Notes: a model not told the origin generated them from the letters alone. Shown: positions 1 through 9,493, counted from the first letter of the stretch. The stretch: DNA of 64,000 nucleotides from a virus (IMGVR_UViG_3300031992_000025:33932-97931); one strand, 5' to 3'. Program-made: numbers and translations.

Positions 1-2
1 AG

Positions 3-473
3 ATGAATAGAGCATTAATTCAATATTGGAATGATAAGGTTGGCTATAATGATGATGTTTATATCTTAGGTGATTTTTGTTTTGATAATAAAGGTTATAG
101 AACTAATGAATTCTTAAAGCAATTAAATGGCAGAAAGCATTTAATTAAAGGCAATCATGATAGTTTTCTAAACAGTCCGGGTTTTGACCCAGATTTATTT
201 GAAAGTATTAAAGTATATGATGAAGTAGATGACTATGTAAATGGCGAAAAAGTTCATGTCTGCTTATTTCATTATCCAATTGCAGTTTGGAATAAGAAAC
301 ATCATCATGCATATCATTTATTTGGGCATATTCATTCTAATAAGTCTGATGGCTCACACCATGCATTAGAAACTAACTTAGGTGGTCATGCTTTTAATGT
401 TGGCGTTGATGTTAGAGATTTAGAACCAAAGACTTTACAAGAATTAGTTGATAGTAGATGGAAAGGTTATTAA
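3..473 (+). CDS. calcineurin-like metallophosphoesterase (possibly 5'-truncated at window edge)
   Basis: GDFCFD...GNHD motifs, His-rich C-terminus typical of PPP-family metallophosphatases. Confidence 0.55.
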   Translation: MNRALIQYWNDKVGYNDDVYILGDFCFDNKGYRTNEFLKQLNGRKHLIKGNHDSFLNSPGFDPDLFESIKVYDEVDDYVNGEKVHVCLFHYPIAVWNKKHHHAYHLFGHIHSNKSDGSHHALETNLGGHAFNVGVDVRDLEPKTLQELVDSRWKGY

Positions 474-678
474 AATGGAAGAGCTTGAAGTTTTAATTAA
501 AGCTTTAAAGGCTGGTTTTGTTAACTATCCATTAGATTGTCCTGAAGATTGTTATAAATATAAAGTTGATTGTTTATATTATAATAAAGCGATGAAACGC
601 TTTTATATTTATGTTTCAGATGGCGTTGGTGAGCTATTTATAGAAGACTATGAAAAAACATGGAGTATAGCAGAATAA
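448..678 (+). CDS. hypothetical protein
   Basis: ORF overlapping upstream stop, Cys-containing small protein. Confidence 0.35.
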   Translation: MIVDGKVIKMEELEVLIKALKAGFVNYPLDCPEDCYKYKVDCLYYNKAMKRFYIYVSDGVGELFIEDYEKTWSIAE

Positions 679-1136
679 TGGAAAAAATTAAATTAAAATA
701 TAATCCACATGGTGATAGTAGGCATGCACCAAAAGATACAACTTTTGAGCAATTTCACGAAGCAAATTTAAGTCATATTGAAGATGTTAAAAATGTATTG
801 ACTAGATTATCAATTATATTAGACCAACAAGGTAAGCAACATGATTGGACTAAATTACAATATGAAGACGAATTTTGGAATGATTTTTGGAGCCAGGATT
901 TTATAAATTGTAAATGGTATCAAAGACATGTTCATACAGAAAGGCATCATCCAACTTCATATTGCCATGATGATATTGATTTATTAGATATTATTGAGAT
1001 GATAGTTGATTGCGTTTGTGCTGGTAAAGCAAGAAGTGGTGAAGTTAGACCATTAGAGATTAATGATGAAATTCTTAAAAAAGCATTTGAGAATACAGTT
1101 AAATTGGTTGATAATATTACTGAGGTTGATAAATAA
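660..1136 (+). CDS. hypothetical protein (His-rich, possible metal-dependent hydrolase)
   Basis: ORF with H..H..HP..CHDD motifs; translationally coupled to neighbours. Confidence 0.4.
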   Translation: MEYSRIMEKIKLKYNPHGDSRHAPKDTTFEQFHEANLSHIEDVKNVLTRLSIILDQQGKQHDWTKLQYEDEFWNDFWSQDFINCKWYQRHVHTERHHPTSYCHDDIDLLDIIEMIVDCVCAGKARSGEVRPLEINDEILKKAFENTVKLVDNITEVDK

Positions 1137-1399
1137 TGTGCGACACTACTACAAGACCAATTAATAAGACTGAGCTTGAACTACGTGGTATATTAGATAA
1201 AATTACTGAAGTTCAGCTGAATGATGACCCTGAAAGTACAGCAATGCTAACTCTTCCAACAGAATATGATAGCACTACAAGCTGTTATAGCAATAATCCA
1301 CCAATGGCGATAAAGTTTGGCTATAATAGAAGAGTTTCGAGATTTGCAAAGAAACATGGCATAACAGAAGAAGAAGCATTTAAAAGACTATATAAATAA
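1136..1399 (+). CDS. hypothetical protein
   Basis: ATG overlaps previous stop (ATAATG). Confidence 0.4.
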   Translation: MCDTTTRPINKTELELRGILDKITEVQLNDDPESTAMLTLPTEYDSTTSCYSNNPPMAIKFGYNRRVSRFAKKHGITEEEAFKRLYK

Positions 1400-1412
1400 T
1401 GCTTCTTTTTAT

Positions 1413-1427
1413 TTTGCTAAATTATAT
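1413..1427 (+). promoter_or_regulatory. conserved upstream motif TTTGCTAAATTATAT (candidate phage-specific promoter)
   Basis: same motif found >=15 times (e.g. 5018, 17706, 24768, 25194, 27284, 28418, 29033, 37805, 38861, 44693, 54613, 60415), 25-45 nt upstream of start codons including late genes lacking TGTATAAT promoters. Confidence 0.45.
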
Positions 1428-1457
1428 AACTGATAATAAAGTAAAGGAGAAATTAAC

Positions 1458-1856
1458 ATGTCTGTTAAACAAGAACACTGGGTAGAAAAGTTATATGATG
1501 AAACATTTCCAGTAAGCAATCAGAATCATTGGGGCGCTTTTGGCTGGACTAACGTTTGGGGATTTAGAGAAGGTTGTGAAGGCAACTGGACTTATTATGC
1601 CTGTGCAGATGGCCGTATTATTGGAATCCGTGTAGCTGATATGATTGTTAAGTGTAAAAGTAAAGAAATTTATGATGAATATATCAAAGCAGCAAGCTTT
1701 AGCACATCAGAATTTCTTCATAAAGCATTAGCTGATTCAAGATTAAATGTCAAACGCGGAAACGACGTCGAAATTAAATTCGTCTTTAGATGGGGCGATG
1801 ACGATAAATCATTTAATATTAGCGGTAAAGGTGATTTACTAGGCGAAGAAAAGTAA
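1458..1856 (+). CDS. hypothetical protein
   Basis: RBS AAAGGAGAAATTAAC-ATG; preceded by TTGCTAAATTATAT motif. Confidence 0.5.
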   Translation: MSVKQEHWVEKLYDETFPVSNQNHWGAFGWTNVWGFREGCEGNWTYYACADGRIIGIRVADMIVKCKSKEIYDEYIKAASFSTSEFLHKALADSRLNVKRGNDVEIKFVFRWGDDDKSFNISGKGDLLGEEK

Positions 1857-1869
1857 AGGAGACAATTAA

Positions 1870-2070
1870 ATGGCAAAGGGAAAAGGCGGCAAGAAAGTTA
1901 GTGCTAGCTCTGGACTTAGAAAAAAACATGGTCCAAAGAAAAAAATGTTCCATAAGTATTCAAAGTGCATTAGAATTGAAATGGCAAAACTTGGAATGCT
2001 CAAAAAGGATGTAGATCCAGAAGCAAGAGAACAGTCTGAAAGTGCTAAAAATCCAAAAGGAAAAAAATAA
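1870..2070 (+). CDS. small Lys-rich basic protein
   Basis: RBS AAGGAGACAATTAA-ATG; 66 aa, about 30% Lys; followed by terminator. Confidence 0.45.
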   Translation: MAKGKGGKKVSASSGLRKKHGPKKKMFHKYSKCIRIEMAKLGMLKKDVDPEAREQSESAKNPKGKK

Positions 2071-2097
2071 AAAGGCGTTTACGGACGTCTTTTTTTA

Positions 2098-2112
2098 TTG
2101 TATAATATAAAT
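2098..2112 (+). promoter_or_regulatory. extended -10 promoter TTGTATAATATAAAT
   Basis: TGn-TATAAT consensus; same 14-mer recurs >=20 times between 2 and 37 kb, often with TTTACA -35 at 17-18 nt spacing. Confidence 0.6.
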
Positions 2113-2120
2113 AGATATTA

Positions 2121-4406
2121 TTGAAAGGAAAGGTGATTATTATTCGTACCTTACTTATTTTACGCGGAGCCCCTGGATGTGGTAAGTCAACATGGGTTAA
2201 AAACAATGGTTTATCCGCCTATACTTTATGTCCAGATGATATTCGTGTTATGTGTGCTTCAAGAGAATTGAAGGCAGATGGTGCTTTTGCTATTGCAAGA
2301 AATCATGCAGTTGAACAAGAAACCTGGAAAATTATTTTAGACTTACTTGAATACAGAATGTCTCGTGGCGAATTAACAGTTTTAGATGCTACGGCTTCAA
2401 AGACAAAAGATATTAAGCAATATAAAGAATTAGCAGACCAATACAGATATAGAATGTATTGCGTTGATTTTACTGATGTTCCTTTAGAAGTTTGTAAGAA
2501 ACAAAACTTGCAACGTCCAGAAGATAAAATTGTTCCAGAACAAGGCATTGAAAATATTTATGCTCGTTTTGCAACACAACCAGTTCCAGCTGGTGTTGAA
2601 GTTATTAAGCCAGATGAATTAGATAAGATTTTAGAAAAACCAATTGATTTATCTTCTTATAGAAAAATCGTTTTTATTGGTGATATTCATGGTTGCTATG
2701 ATACTTTAATGCAATATTTCAAAGATGGCTTAGAAGATGATGTTGAATATATTTTCTTAGGTGATTATATTGACCGTGGAAACCAAAATGCTGAAGTTAT
2801 GAATTGGTTATATTCTATTAAAGATCGCCCAAATGTTTGTTTATTAGAAGGTAATCATGAAAGACACTTACAAGCTTATGGTATGGGCTATGAAGCCAAA
2901 TCCAAAGAGTTTGAAGAAAAAACAAAAGGTCAATTAATTTTAGGTGGCTTTGATGAGAAAAAAGCTAGAATTTTCTATCGAAAGCTTCGTCAAATGTCCC
3001 ATTTTACTTATAATGGTATTGAAGTTTTAGCAACTCATGGCGGTATTCCATGTATGCGTGCAAATCTTACTTATATTCCTACATGCGCTTTCATTAATGG
3101 CGTTGGTGAATATAATGACTATCAAGATGTCGCTGATACTTGGATGAAAGAAACTGCTGAAAATCAATATCAAGTTCATGGCCATCGTAATACTGCACAA
3201 GACCCAGTTCAATTAGCTGACAGAGTTTTTAACTTAGAAGGTGAAGTTGAATTTGGTGGTAAATTAAGAATTGTTGAATTAACTTCTGATACTTTTAATG
3301 GCTGGGCTTTTGGTCATCCAGAAGCTGGTTTAGTTACTGGAACAAGATGGAATGTTATTGAGTTATCTAACTGTCAACCAATTACAGAAGATTTTAATGT
3401 TGAAAAGGCTCCTGTTGAAACCGTTGAACAAGCAGTTGAATATTTAAGAAACAATCAATTTGTCAAAGAAAAGAAATTAGGTAATGGTATTTCATCTTTC
3501 AACTTTACTCGTGAAGCTTTCTATTCTGCTAACTGGACAAGACAAACAGTTTTAGCACGCGGTTTATTTATCGATACAGACAATAATAAGATTATGGCGC
3601 GTTCATATGAAAAATTCTTCCGTATCAATGAAGTTCGTGAGACTGAAATGGTTGCTTTAAAGAATAGATTGAAGTTTCCAGTCAAAGCCTATGTTAAAGA
3701 AAATGGTTTTTTAGGTATTGTCTCTTATAACTATAAGACTGATGATTTATTTGTTGCAACTAAGTCTTCTGATAAGGGTGACTGTGCAGATTATTTTAAC
3801 AAAATGCTTGAACCATATAGAGAAAAGCTATTACATCTATTAAGAGCTATTTATAACTCCGAAGATCCAGATACTTATTCATTCGTCTTTGAGTGCGTCG
3901 ACCAAGAAAACGACCCACACATCATTAAATATGATAAGAGTGATATTTATTTGTTAGATGTAGTTTACAATAGATTAGACTTTGAGACTCTTCCATATTG
4001 GAGATTGAAAGAATTAGCTGAAACTCTTGGCTGTAAAGTCAAGACAGAGGCTTATACAATCAAAGATTTTGATGAGTTCAGAGATTTAGTAAATAGAGCT
4101 GAAGATGAAGATTATAAGTATAATGGAAATTATATTGAAGGTTATGTCTTCGTTGACCAAAATGGCTTTATGACTAAATTAAAGACAGGTTATTACAATT
4201 TCTGGAAACATATGAGAAGTGTTGCTGATTCAACTTTAAGAAGTGGTTCATATAGAAGAATGGGCTCATTACTTACAGTCCAAGGTAATCAATTTGCAGC
4301 CTTCTGTAAAGAGTGTTTTAACAAAGATAGAATTAAAGAAACAAAGTCTTACCCTTACAAAACTGACATTATTTCGTTAAGAGAAAAGTTCCTATTTAAC
4401 AAATAA
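2121..4406 (+). CDS. pnkp: Pnkp-like RNA repair enzyme: polynucleotide kinase / calcineurin-type phosphatase / ATP-dependent RNA ligase fusion
   Basis: N-terminal P-loop (ILRGAPGCGKST, Walker B LTVLD). Central GDIHG / GDYIDRG / GNHE phosphatase motifs as in lambda-phosphatase and Clostridium thermocellum Pnkp. C-terminal nucleotidyltransferase-like segment with KENGFLG (KxNG lysine motif). Starts at TTG/GTG after AGGAAAG RBS. No TGA codons. Confidence 0.75.
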   Translation: MKGKVIIIRTLLILRGAPGCGKSTWVKNNGLSAYTLCPDDIRVMCASRELKADGAFAIARNHAVEQETWKIILDLLEYRMSRGELTVLDATASKTKDIKQYKELADQYRYRMYCVDFTDVPLEVCKKQNLQRPEDKIVPEQGIENIYARFATQPVPAGVEVIKPDELDKILEKPIDLSSYRKIVFIGDIHGCYDTLMQYFKDGLEDDVEYIFLGDYIDRGNQNAEVMNWLYSIKDRPNVCLLEGNHERHLQAYGMGYEAKSKEFEEKTKGQLILGGFDEKKARIFYRKLRQMSHFTYNGIEVLATHGGIPCMRANLTYIPTCAFINGVGEYNDYQDVADTWMKETAENQYQVHGHRNTAQDPVQLADRVFNLEGEVEFGGKLRIVELTSDTFNGWAFGHPEAGLVTGTRWNVIELSNCQPITEDFNVEKAPVETVEQAVEYLRNNQFVKEKKLGNGISSFNFTREAFYSANWTRQTVLARGLFIDTDNNKIMARSYEKFFRINEVRETEMVALKNRLKFPVKAYVKENGFLGIVSYNYKTDDLFVATKSSDKGDCADYFNKMLEPYREKLLHLLRAIYNSEDPDTYSFVFECVDQENDPHIIKYDKSDIYLLDVVYNRLDFETLPYWRLKELAETLGCKVKTEAYTIKDFDEFRDLVNRAEDEDYKYNGNYIEGYVFVDQNGFMTKLKTGYYNFWKHMRSVADSTLRSGSYRRMGSLLTVQGNQFAAFCKECFNKDRIKETKSYPYKTDIISLREKFLFNK

Positions 4407-4427
4407 TAAAAAAGTTTAAAAATATTT

Positions 4428-4459
4428 AAGGGCTGAGAATAAAACTTGGCCCTTTTATT
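4428..4459 (+). terminator. rho-independent terminator
   Basis: AAGGGC-TGAGAATAAAACTT-GGCCCTT-TTATT. Confidence 0.6.
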
Positions 4460-4491
4460 GTATAATATTATATATTTGGAGGTAATTTTTT

Positions 4492-4692
4492 ATGTTAGAG
4501 TTGCAAGAAATCATTAATCAGTTGGCAAAGAAAAATGAGGTCACAATTCAGGGAGGCTTATATAAAATAGCTAATGCTGTATATATTACAGATGGTGAAG
4601 TTTTAAAGACTAGACTCTTATTAAAGAGTGCTGATAGTGAAAATCAAATTGTCATCGATATTGGCATTTCTGCAAAAATTTACAAGTGCTAA
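4492..4692 (+). CDS. hypothetical protein
   Basis: RBS GGAGGTAATTTTTT-ATG after promoter TTGTATAATATTAT. Confidence 0.4.
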   Translation: MLELQEIINQLAKKNEVTIQGGLYKIANAVYITDGEVLKTRLLLKSADSENQIVIDIGISAKIYKC

Positions 4693-4720
4693 ATTAACGT
4701 AGATAGGAAAGGTTAATTTA

Positions 4721-4990
4721 ATGGAACTAGATTTAGAAAATGAAATGCAAACTCTTTTAGCTGAAGAGAGTTATGTTACTGGATTAATTGATCAGCTCTC
4801 TGAACTTAAATACAGAAAAGGTTATGGTCCACTCTTAAAAGATATTACTAAACTACTAGATAAATTAAACGATAAAAGAGAAACAATACAAGAAAATATA
4901 CAAGATCTTACAGATAATATAATTATGGCTGCTGAAGTGTATGCTGGAGAATACATTAGTGGAAATGATTCAGCAGAAAGTTATATTTGA
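4721..4990 (+). CDS. hypothetical protein (acidic, coiled-coil-like)
   Basis: RBS AGGAAAGG upstream. Confidence 0.4.
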   Translation: MELDLENEMQTLLAEESYVTGLIDQLSELKYRKGYGPLLKDITKLLDKLNDKRETIQENIQDLTDNIIMAAEVYAGEYISGNDSAESYI

Positions 4991-5050
4991 GATTATTAAA
5001 AATATATTCGCTAAATTATATAAAGATATCGCAGGATAAAGATTTCCTGT

Positions 5051-5118
5051 AGAAACTACGCTTATTTCTTACATCCGCCGAAGCGCACGGCTAATTGCGT
5101 TGCCATTCTATTTAGAGC
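5051..5118 (+). repeat. bipartite bulged-helix motif copy 11 (divergent)
   Basis: AGAAACTACGCTTATTTCT ... GAGCTAGTTCAGAT (AACTA-C-GC pairs GC-TAGTT). Confidence 0.5.
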
Positions 5119-5236
5119 TAGTTCAGATATTGCAGCAAACAGACTATAGATAATATTTAGCCAGAGCGGTACGACTTGTGGTCAAATCCCAGGAGGAGAA
5201 CAAGGAGACTGGGTGTCTGATGACTAGCTACGAGCA

Positions 5237-5348
5237 AAATGGTAGAAGCTGTACTTATTTCCAAGTCTCTAGTGATGTGCAACCAAAAGTTGTATAGCAC
5301 TATAATAACAGTTATGTTAATGGAAATAGGCCGCAACAGTCAGTTCAA
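5237..5348 (+). repeat. bipartite bulged-helix motif copy 12 (divergent)
   Basis: AGAAGCTGTACTTATTTCC ... ACAGTCAGTTCAAAT. Confidence 0.45.
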
Positions 5349-5385
5349 ATATTACTTATAGTCTGTTTTTATTTTTAAAAAATTA

Positions 5386-5397
5386 TTGTATAATAAT
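5386..5397 (+). promoter_or_regulatory. extended -10 promoter TTGTATAATAAT
   Basis: TGn-TATAAT; motif copy 1 starts at +1. Confidence 0.55.
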
Positions 5398-5399
5398 AT

Positions 5400-5462
5400 A
5401 GAGCTTGTGCTTATTTCTAAATTACGAATCTTGAAAATCCGCGACATTAGCCAAGCCAAAAT
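5400..5462 (+). repeat. bipartite bulged-helix motif copy 1
   Basis: AGAGCTTGTGCTTATTTCT ... TAGCCAAGCCAAAA (GCTTG/CAAGC double covariation); begins at promoter +1. Confidence 0.65.
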
Positions 5463-5482
5463 AAAAAAATTTATAAAACTAT

Positions 5483-5515
5483 TTACAAAAATAAAAAAAT
5501 AGTTGTATAATATAT
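5483..5515 (+). promoter_or_regulatory. sigma70-type promoter TTTACA-N18-TTGTATAATATAT
   Basis: -35 TTTACA plus extended -10. Confidence 0.6.
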
Positions 5516-5546
5516 ATGTAAGCAGTGTCAATAAGACTTACAGTTA

Positions 5547-5600
5547 GAGCCTATACTTATTTCTTTAGAAAATATGGTATTCAAGTTAGTTAGGCCAAAT
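5547..5600 (+). repeat. bipartite bulged-helix motif copy 2
   Basis: AGAGCCTATACTTATTTCT ... AGTTAGGCCAAAT. Confidence 0.7.
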
Positions 5601-5691
5601 CGTTAATATATTCAAGCAGTTTTTGGAATATTAGGCGAATTGGCAGTCTAATATCTCAAAGGCTGCTTTTTATGTAAAGGAGGTCACAACC

Positions 5692-7725
5692 GTGACAAGA
5701 AATCAATTCAATGCACTTAGTGCAACCACAATCCCATCCAACATCCACGTCAATGCACAAACTATTTTGATTGCAAGACACTATCTTTTAGCTGTTCCAC
5801 AAGAAGTGGATCCAGAATTAAAGGTTAGAACTGCTTATTTAAACGCATATCTTTTCTCTAATTTTGGTATCGTAGTTGATAGACCAGAACTTTTAACCGA
5901 AACTCATGTTGAGGAAATTTCTGATTTATTCAAACTCAATGTCCCAGCTTCTTTCTATAAGAACCCACAAGATACTAAGTATTACACTTCTGGTGAGCTT
6001 TTTGTTAACCAAGTTTTAGCTTACTTCTTGGCTTATGGTGAAGAAGATTCTTCTATTGATGTTTTTGATAAGAAATTACCAGAATATCCAGAAGGTAAAG
6101 AAATCAAGCTTCGTGAATTCAAAATTCTTTTTGCTGACGAAGCAGATGAAGTTTTAGCTAATATCACTAAATCTTATGCTGATTACAAACGTCCATGGTC
6201 TTTAGACGAAGAAAATGAATTTGTCTACTTATATGAACATGGCTATTACAGAGATTTTGATATTCTTTGTGCTGACAATGCCATTACCATGATTAAGAAA
6301 GATGCTAACTTTGCTCGTTTCTTATACAAGAAAGACTTAGTTAAGATTTCTGTCGCTGCTTGTGGCGAAAAGTCTAAGCTTGTTTTAGACAAAGATACCG
6401 CTGATTTAATTAGAAAGGCTATTCCTTTCGTTAAAGACTGCCCAATGTCTAAGAAACAAGCTAAATACTTTAATACTTTAATTAATAAGGTTGGCGCGCA
6501 AGGCAAAGTTAAACTTGCTACTAATGAACGTTCACCTTATGCTAGAGCTCAAGCTTTACTTGACAAAGGCGATGTTTTAGGCGCTGCTAAAGTTTATGCT
6601 GCTAACGGTTCTTTATTTGAAAGAAATATCAAAATGTTAATTTCTCGTGCGAACCCAGCAGAAGCTTTAGAAATCATCAAAATGATTCCAGCTAAGAACC
6701 CAATCGCTTTATATCAATTTGTTACCAATTTGATGGAAGATAATGGCGGAAACCGTACTTTCACTTTCACCAAAAACAGATTGGTCAAAAAGCACATTGA
6801 AACTGAATACGAAGCTAAGTGGAGAAAGTCTAGACTTAATGAAGGAACCCGCAAAATGGTTCATGATGCAGTCTTTACTCAAATTGAAGCTGGCTATCGT
6901 GCTCAACCTTCTTTAGGTAAGGTTTATGTTTCACCAGACTTCTTCAAGGTTGGTGTTCCTGTTAATACTTCTGCCTCTGGTAAAGGTATTGATGTCTTAC
7001 CAGCTGGCTCAAGAATTCCAGTTCGTGGTGAATATATTAGAACATTTGTTCACTGGGAACATGCTTTCGATATTGACTCTTCATTAATTATTGTTGACAA
7101 AGACGATAAAATGAGTGTTATGAGCTTCTGGAACTTCTACCAAAAAGAATTCGGTAATGATATCTTATTCTCAGGTGACGTTACTAGCCCAACAGGAACT
7201 GAATATTTTGATATTAATTTACCTGCTCTTAAAAAGAAAGGTATTAAATATATCATTCAATCATTCCATGGCTTCTGCTCTAGCTTAAACAGTGGAGAAA
7301 TCTACTGTGGCTACCAAGATAAGAAAAATATCAATACAAAGGCTTGGGATCCTAAGAACATTGAATTAAAGATTCATGTTAAAGGTGATACCCGTGCATT
7401 TATCTCATTTGGTATTGACTTAGAAACAAATGAAGTAGTTGTCTTAAATATGCTTATTGATTCAGAAAGCCGTATTGTTTCACCAGATATGCGTGCTCTT
7501 GTCGATAAGTATTTAGGTTCAAGCTGTTTAGAGCTTAACATGGGCCTTGTTGCTACATACAGAGCATCTGAAGTTGTTGCAACTCCGGAAGAAGCAGACG
7601 TGGTCTTTGACCCAGCCTATACTTCTGCTGTTGACCCAGAAACAGGCAAAGCAACTCAAAAGGTTGTTAGACCATATGAAGTCGAAAGACTCGTTGGCCT
7701 TGCTTCTGGTGCAGAGCTTAATTAG
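5692..7725 (+). CDS. hypothetical large protein (677 aa), possible partner of Pnkp
   Basis: GTG start after AAGGAGG RBS; long upstream leader containing four motif copies and two promoters; no recognisable motifs by eye. Confidence 0.55.
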   Translation: MTRNQFNALSATTIPSNIHVNAQTILIARHYLLAVPQEVDPELKVRTAYLNAYLFSNFGIVVDRPELLTETHVEEISDLFKLNVPASFYKNPQDTKYYTSGELFVNQVLAYFLAYGEEDSSIDVFDKKLPEYPEGKEIKLREFKILFADEADEVLANITKSYADYKRPWSLDEENEFVYLYEHGYYRDFDILCADNAITMIKKDANFARFLYKKDLVKISVAACGEKSKLVLDKDTADLIRKAIPFVKDCPMSKKQAKYFNTLINKVGAQGKVKLATNERSPYARAQALLDKGDVLGAAKVYAANGSLFERNIKMLISRANPAEALEIIKMIPAKNPIALYQFVTNLMEDNGGNRTFTFTKNRLVKKHIETEYEAKWRKSRLNEGTRKMVHDAVFTQIEAGYRAQPSLGKVYVSPDFFKVGVPVNTSASGKGIDVLPAGSRIPVRGEYIRTFVHWEHAFDIDSSLIIVDKDDKMSVMSFWNFYQKEFGNDILFSGDVTSPTGTEYFDINLPALKKKGIKYIIQSFHGFCSSLNSGEIYCGYQDKKNINTKAWDPKNIELKIHVKGDTRAFISFGIDLETNEVVVLNMLIDSESRIVSPDMRALVDKYLGSSCLELNMGLVATYRASEVVATPEEADVVFDPAYTSAVDPETGKATQKVVRPYEVERLVGLASGAELN

Positions 7726-7740
7726 TATGAATTAAAACAA

Positions 7741-7775
7741 AAAAGCCTACTTTTTGTAGGCTTTTCTTTTTTATA
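7741..7775 (+). terminator. rho-independent terminator
   Basis: AAAAGCCTAC-TTTTT-GTAGGCTTTTCTTTTTT. Confidence 0.7.
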
Positions 7776-7885
7776 TTGTATAATAAATATATGATTATAA
7801 GCTAAATTAAAATGATAACTTCGGTTGTTATTTAGGGTACGATGTACTAATCTAGCTAACTAAGTTAATCAGTTTAGGAGTTACT

Positions 7886-8797
7886 ATGGCTGATACAACT
7901 TATACTGGTTGGAAAAGATGAAATCCAACATCTGAGGAATGAATTGATTTATATACAAATAATACAGTTCCATTCCAACTTAAAGAAAATGAATATTTAA
8001 TTGTTATGGCAACTGACGGCAGCACAACATTTTATTGCTATGAAAATGGCCAATTAAGAAAGTTTACTGGCGGTTCCATTAAAACAATTAAAGATACTAC
8101 CCCGGTTTTATTAGAAGAGCCAAAACCAAAGCAAGAGAGTAAACAACGATCTTCTACTCCAAAATATTCTAAGGGTAAGAATGTTGTAATTACTCCTAGA
8201 AATGAAGAACAAGTTTGTGCTTTTGACTTAATGAAAGACCCAACAAAAACAGTTAAATTGTTAACTGGAACTTGGGGCACAGGTAAAACCTTAATCTTAG
8301 TGTCTGCTGCATTAGAAGCTTTAAAAGCTGGACGTTTTAAAAGAATTGTCTGAATTAGAAATAATGTTGATGTTAAAGATACCAAAGATTTAGGTGCTTT
8401 ACCAGGTGAAGTAATTGATAAATTACTTCCATTCTTAGGACCTTTTATTGATCATGCTGGTGAAAACAGTGTTCGAACTATGCTAAATAAAGGAACTCTT
8501 GTTGTAGAACCTTTGCAATCTTTGAGGGGAAGAAATTTTGATAACACATTAATTATGTGTTCAGAAGCTGAAAACTTAACTAAAGAGCATATACAACTTA
8601 TTATTGCTCGTGCTGCTGAGGGCAGCGAAGTTTGGTTTGATGCTGATAACAGACAACGTGATAAAGCTTCTTTTGAGAAATCAAAAGGAATTGAAACACT
8701 TATTGAAAGATTTGCAGGACAAAAATTATTTGGGTATGTTCATTTAATTAAGTCTGAGCGTTCAAAGACTGCTGCAATGGCAGATTTATTAAATTAG
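7886..8797 (+). CDS. phoH: PhoH-like ATPase (three in-frame TGA read as sense)
   Basis: GTWGTGKT Walker A, LVVEPLQSLRGRNF, DADNRQRD motifs of PhoH family; frame continuous across TGA at about 7918, 7948 and 8351; RBS TAGGAGTTACT-ATG. Confidence 0.75.
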
Positions 8798-8808
8798 GAG
8801 GACTTCTA

Positions 8809-9474
8809 ATGTCACTTGTTATAGCTATAAAAGATAAAAATAGAGTTGTACTTGGTGCAGATAAGCAGGGAAGTGTGAGTGATTTTAAAGATCATTCATG
8901 CACAAAAATTTGGCCTGTTGAGGAGCTTCCAGGTGCCATTATGGGCGGCGTTGGTTCAGCGCGTGCCTCTCAAATTATTCAGTATGCTAATATTATTGAC
9001 AAGAATCTTATTGGCAAAGAAATTTCAACTGATTTTATTATTTGTTCATTAGCTCCAACAATTGCAGCTGGCTTAAAAGCTAACGGATTTAATTTAGAGG
9101 TTAAGGAAAATGAACTTTGCGAACTCATGCCAAATTCATTTATTTTTGCTTATAAAGATAAGGCTTGGATGATCTGGAATGATTTAAGCGTTACTGAAAT
9201 TGATGATTATTTAGCTATTGGCTCAGGTAGTGATGTTGCACGTGGAGCATTATTTGCTACAAAGAAGCATAACCCATTTGAGCGTATTGTTACAGCAATT
9301 GATGCTGCAGCTGAATCAACATTATTTGTTGATGATGATATTGATTTATTAGCAACAGACATATGCGAAGGTGATGATGAAAAAATTGCAAAAGCTTTAG
9401 GTTTTGAGATTAAAGAAGTTAAAGAAGAAATTAAAAAATCTGAGGCTAAAGCAAAAAAAACAAAAAAGAAGTAA
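8809..9474 (+). CDS. HslV/proteasome-beta-like Ntn-hydrolase peptidase
   Basis: MSLVIAIKDKNRVVLGADKQ N-terminus and AIGSGSDVARGAL resemble HslV TTIV...GDGQ and GSG motifs; Ser instead of Thr after Met; Lys-rich tail. Confidence 0.5.
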   Translation: MSLVIAIKDKNRVVLGADKQGSVSDFKDHSCTKIWPVEELPGAIMGGVGSARASQIIQYANIIDKNLIGKEISTDFIICSLAPTIAAGLKANGFNLEVKENELCELMPNSFIFAYKDKAWMIWNDLSVTEIDDYLAIGSGSDVARGALFATKKHNPFERIVTAIDAAAESTLFVDDDIDLLATDICEGDDEKIAKALGFEIKEVKEEIKKSEAKAKKTKKK

Positions 9475-9493
9475 TTAATTAACTTCTTATAAA

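Noticed and set aside
2303-2548. Minus-strand 81-aa ORF inside the Pnkp-like gene, and a similar one at 3027-3212
   Set aside because: They lie antisense to a strongly supported + strand gene with conserved motifs, with no RBS.
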